Made by a program: the position numbers and the translations under genes | Shown: positions 9,166 to 12,254 of the stretch, piece by piece | Layout of the letters: every line of letters begins with the position of its first letter | Position numbering within the stretch: position 1 is the first letter of the stretch | Notes under the pieces: generated by a model | Seen by the model: only the letters and a program-made list of their open reading frames with translations | Told to the model about the DNA's origin: nothing | The model's database searches: none | DNA from: Paraspadella gotoi | Lineage: Eukaryota > Animalia > Chaetognatha | Reading direction: 5' to 3' | NCBI GenBank assembly: GCA_051294375.1 | Contig: CM119265.1 | Location: forward strand, 469,133-481,386 | Length of the DNA: 12,254 bases

Positions 9166-9365
9166 GCACGCCGCGCGTAACTCTGTGTGTCATCTTGGTG
9201 TAGGGTTAAATATACTTTCAGAGTGGTTAAGGTATTTTTAGAATCTCCTTGGATCACTAGAGATAAAAAGTGGTGTAGGAGCCTTAGCGCGCAAAAAAAT
9301 CAATGGCCTGCCTTCACAAATCACTTCGCAGAGAATAGCAAGACTTCCAAGGCAATCGAAACTCG
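9166..9365 (+). repeat. Noisy duplicate of 8746-8893
   Basis: Collinear shared words cacgccgcg, gagataaaa, gcaaaaaaa, aatggcctgc, aaatca, tcgcagag, caagact, aatcgaaa. Confidence 0.75.
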
Positions 9366-9731
9366 GGATCGCCGACGTTCTCGCGCGCAGCGCAAAATCT
9401 CCGCCCGGAGGGAAGTAGAATGGAACAATTCCTCATTTGGTCTGATAAAGACCAATTAAATACAGATGTCACAATGGGCAGATGGCGACTTCTTTCCGGC
9501 TGATAAACTTACCCTTACTGCCGGATTCCGATTTCGCAGGGGGTATTAAATAAGGAACCCAATCTTGTAATTGATTTAACATTTCCTGGCCTCAAGACAA
9601 TTGACACCGTTTGTATATATTGTTCTGTAATTCTGAAGAAACTAAAAATCTCATCTTTTGGGATTTCCCGTAGAAATTCCCTGTCTATTTTACTTAATTT
9701 GTCCGGACAGGTCGGGCACAGGCTGGGATTC

Positions 9732-10393
9732 TGAACCCCACGCTCCGTAAGAGAACTTTGGTAAAGACTTGTTAAAATAAGAATAAATTAATTAGGGTTA
9801 GGGTTTTTATTGGGGTTTATTCTGGGTAAATGGGAAGGCTTATTATATCCCCATTATTCCTGGCCAGTCCCTTTTCAAACCCTAAACTTGGCCAATGCTT
9901 TTTGTCTATCACTTAGTCCGACCTTAATATAAAAAGATTGATAGGATGTTGAATTGATTTATTTCATTCTCTTCATTTAGTTTAATTCATCTTTCTTATA
10001 ATGTACTTATTACATTAGATGATTAAATAAAAACAAGATTTTTGTTGAGAGTGATAAAAGTAATATTTAATTCAAGACGATCGATTTTAGAGATAATCGA
10101 ATTAACAATTTAAGATCTTTGATTTATCTTGAGCTGAGATATCAAGACTGAAATTATTCAGTTAAAGATTCAAAAAGTAAACAAAATCTGTAACAAATAT
10201 AAAAGCTTTTAACAGAGAGCCCTCTGTTGAAAACAGATTAATTCTGAGTAAAACAAAAGATTCGAATCTGTTTTAAAGTTATAAATAGGAGAATTCGAAT
10301 TTGATTTTTCAGTTGTCCGTGTGGAATAGACCGGCTCGAAGTAAGAGGAGAGAGGAAGGGTTTAGAGAGAGAGACCGGTGGTAAGTCGCCTCA
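9732..10393 (-). repeat. Probable 3' LTR of element 2 (start well supported, end tentative)
   Basis: Begins TGAGGCG right after the PPT on the minus strand; TATA-like TATTTATAA (~10279-10287); AATAAA signals near 9805-9821; candidate end ...GGGGTTCA at 9732. The second LTR is not in the window. Confidence 0.5.
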
Positions 10394-10403
10394 TCCCCCC
10401 CTC
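10394..10403 (-). promoter_or_regulatory. Polypurine tract (PPT) of element 2
   Basis: Minus strand GAGGGGGGGA immediately followed by TG, ~210 nt downstream of the pol stop. Confidence 0.75.
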
Positions 10404-10614
10404 AAGTTCGGACCTTAGAGGTTCGAACTGACCATATTTACAGTTGAGGTGACTTGTACTACTAGTTAAGGAACAAAGTACTTTACAATATTTTTCTCCT
10501 TGGGGGAATATTTGGGCAAACAATTGGGGGGACCCACTAAAAAGGGGTTTGTCTTCTACAATAAATATTTACATATATTTCTTCTCAAAAAAAAAAATAT
10601 TTTGCGAAGAAATT

Positions 10615-12252
10615 TTACAAANNNNNNNNNNATCTAGGCTTAGGCCTGACAGCGGGGATTTTGTTTTCTGTTTTTGTGGCGTTGTTGTTTTTTGTTTCTG
10701 TGTCATTAGAGTTAATGTTATTGTTTTCCCCCGCTTGGCGTTTTATCAACTCTTTCAGAACAATGGCGTAGGTCGGGCGATAAGGCTTATTCGAAAAGTT
10801 CTCCGGTGTTGGCCTCGAAAACCTACACGTTGGCTCAATTCTCAGGTTTTCGTTATCGCTCGGTTGAGCTTGTTCTTTAAGCGAATGAGTCGAATTGCTT
10901 GTCGATCGATTTGGCGGTGTTGCTGGAGGCCTAGGTTCCTGAAATGATGGGAGTGGGTCGGGGGGGGGTTGGGGTAGAGGGGAGGAGGGTGAAGGAAGCG
11001 GAGGAGGAATCGACGGAGGAGGAGAGGCCGCTCTCAGGTGCTGCCTATGAGTAGTCGATAGATCTGAAACTTGATTTTTCGATCGAGTAGTTCTTGAAGT
11101 TTGAGGCGGGTTTCTTGTTCTCGGTCCTGGTCGGCGGCCTGGTGGTCTCTCTTCGCGCGGTTCTGGGTCATCAATTTGCCTGTCGTCCTCGCTGACCCAG
11201 GCTGGCTTGACCCTGGCGATATTGACGGTTTCGTGGCCTTTGCTGGGGATGTCGATCGTCATGTTGATGTTGTTGCGGTGTACAACCCGGTAGGGACCTT
11301 CATAGGGGGGAACAAGAGGAGGATTAACGCCGGCCCTTTTAACGAATACATACTTGGCTGTATTTAAGTTTGCAGGTATGTGAATCGCCGGTTGTCGATG
11401 GGCCGATGTCTGAGTAGGCTGGAGTCTTGCTACTTCCACCCGGAGTCTTGAAAGTTGTGCTCTTCTTTGTCGATTGAGGTTTTCGTCGTTGACTTGGGCG
11501 TCACCTAGCATTGAGCCTGGGACGCCAATTCCTTCGCCGAAGACCAGATCAGCTGATGACGCTCCAATGTCTTCCTTCACTGTTGTTCTTATTGCGAGTA
11601 GTGTGAGAGGCAATTTCCAGAACCAATTTTGTTTTTCATCGTTTGCTAGCGCCATTAGGGATTCCTTGAGCCTTCGATGAAATCTCTCTACCATCCCATT
11701 GGATTGTGGATGGTAAGCTGTTGTTGTCTGGTTCTTTATGCCCCAGGTTTTGGTCAGCTGTTGCCATAGATTTGAGGTAAATTGACTACCTCTGTCCGTT
11801 GTTATCACAGATGGAGTCCCGAAGATACTAATCCAATTTAGGCTTAGTGCATCTAGGATGGTCGGGGTTAGAGTATCTTGCAGAGGTATTGCGGCCGGCC
11901 AACGCGAGAATCTGTCAACTATTGTCAACAGATGTGAGAATCCGTTGGATTTGGGCATCTTGACGAGGTCGATGTTGAGATGCTGGAATCTCCGCGCTGG
12001 AACCTTGAAGTCGCCTATCTCTGGGACGGTATGCTTAGAGACCTTGGCGCGCTGGCAGTCTAGACAATCTCTTGCCCAGCGGGAGACGTCTTGGCGCATC
12101 CCGGTCCACACAAACTTGGCGGCGACGGCTTTCCGTGTGGCCTCGACTCCCGGATGGCCGAGGCCATGGATAACGTCGAAGATTTTGCGCCGCCATGAAT
12201 TTGGAACGAATGGGCGTGCCGGTCCATTGGATATGTCCGCGAGCAGTTCCTG
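10615..12252 (-). CDS. pol: Pol C-terminus: Gypsy integrase (CsRN1-like) with Pro-rich tail; ORF continues beyond the window
   Basis: Frame open to the window edge: DISNGPARPFVP..RRKIFDVIHGLGHPG...KFVW...CLDCQRAK, HLNIDLV, DRFSRWPAAIP, TTDRGSQF, YHPQSNGMVER, YEGPYRV. The stop position lies just past a 10-N gap, so it is uncertain. Confidence 0.96.
   Translation of the reverse strand, partial: QELLADISNGPARPFVPNSWRRKIFDVIHGLGHPGVEATRKAVAAKFVWTGMRQDVSRWARDCLDCQRAKVSKHTVPEIGDFKVPARRFQHLNIDLVKMPKSNGFSHLLTIVDRFSRWPAAIPLQDTLTPTILDALSLNWISIFGTPSVITTDRGSQFTSNLWQQLTKTWGIKNQTTTAYHPQSNGMVERFHRRLKESLMALANDEKQNWFWKLPLTLLAIRTTVKEDIGASSADLVFGEGIGVPGSMLGDAQVNDENLNRQRRAQLSRLRVEVARLQPTQTSAHRQPAIHIPANLNTAKYVFVKRAGVNPPLVPPYEGPYRVVHRNNINMTIDIPSKGHETVNIARVKPAWVSEDDRQIDDPEPREERPPGRRPGPRTRNPPQTSRTTRSKNQVSDLSTTHRQHLRAASPPPSIPPPLPSPSSPLPQPPPDPLPSFQEPRPPATPPNRSTSNSTHSLKEQAQPSDNENLRIEPTCRFSRPTPENFSNKPYRPTYAIVLKELIKRQAGENNNINSNDTETKNNNATKTENKIPAVRPKPRXXXXL
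10622..10631. other. Assembly gap (10 N)
   Basis: Run of 10 N. Confidence 0.99.
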
Positions 12253-12254
12253 GT

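Larger units (their letters stand above)
9732..12254 (-). mobile_element. 3' part of a second Ty3/Gypsy LTR retrotransposon (CsRN1-like), convergent with element 1
   Basis: Uninterrupted integrase ORF, PPT and LTR-like sequence in the expected order; no env. Confidence 0.9.

Noticed and set aside
9187-9459. 90-aa ORF as a host gene or env continuation
   Set aside because: Lies in error-rich duplicated sequence; no env motifs, TM segment or recognisable domain
1-12254. Prokaryotic RT systems (retron, DGR, group II intron) or CRISPR arrays
   Set aside because: The RT is flanked by retropepsin, RNase H and DDE integrase, diagnostic of eukaryotic LTR elements; no repeat-spacer array seen

Overview
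Eukaryotic (probably invertebrate metazoan) repeat-rich DNA holding two convergent Ty3/Gypsy LTR retroelements. Element 1 (+ strand, before 1 to ~8750) is a divergent, retrovirus-like element. Its order is gag, aspartic protease (LYDTGAS), RT (YVDD), RNase H, a ~1.1 kb extra region, HHCC/DDE/GPY-type integrase, then a separate env-like ORF3. The extra region carries an OTU-protease-like domain and an AT-hook. ORF3 has a signal peptide and the cysteine/motif pattern of class III (chuvirus G / herpes gB-like) fusion glycoproteins. Its ORFs are split by many 1-nt indels that look like long-read consensus errors, and env is cut off near an N gap flanked by noisy duplicated sequence. Element 2 (- strand, ~9730 to beyond 12254) is the 3' end of a CsRN1-like Gypsy element: an integrase with a long Pro-rich tail, a PPT and a probable 3' LTR. 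All family assignments come from reading motifs by eye; no database searches were run.
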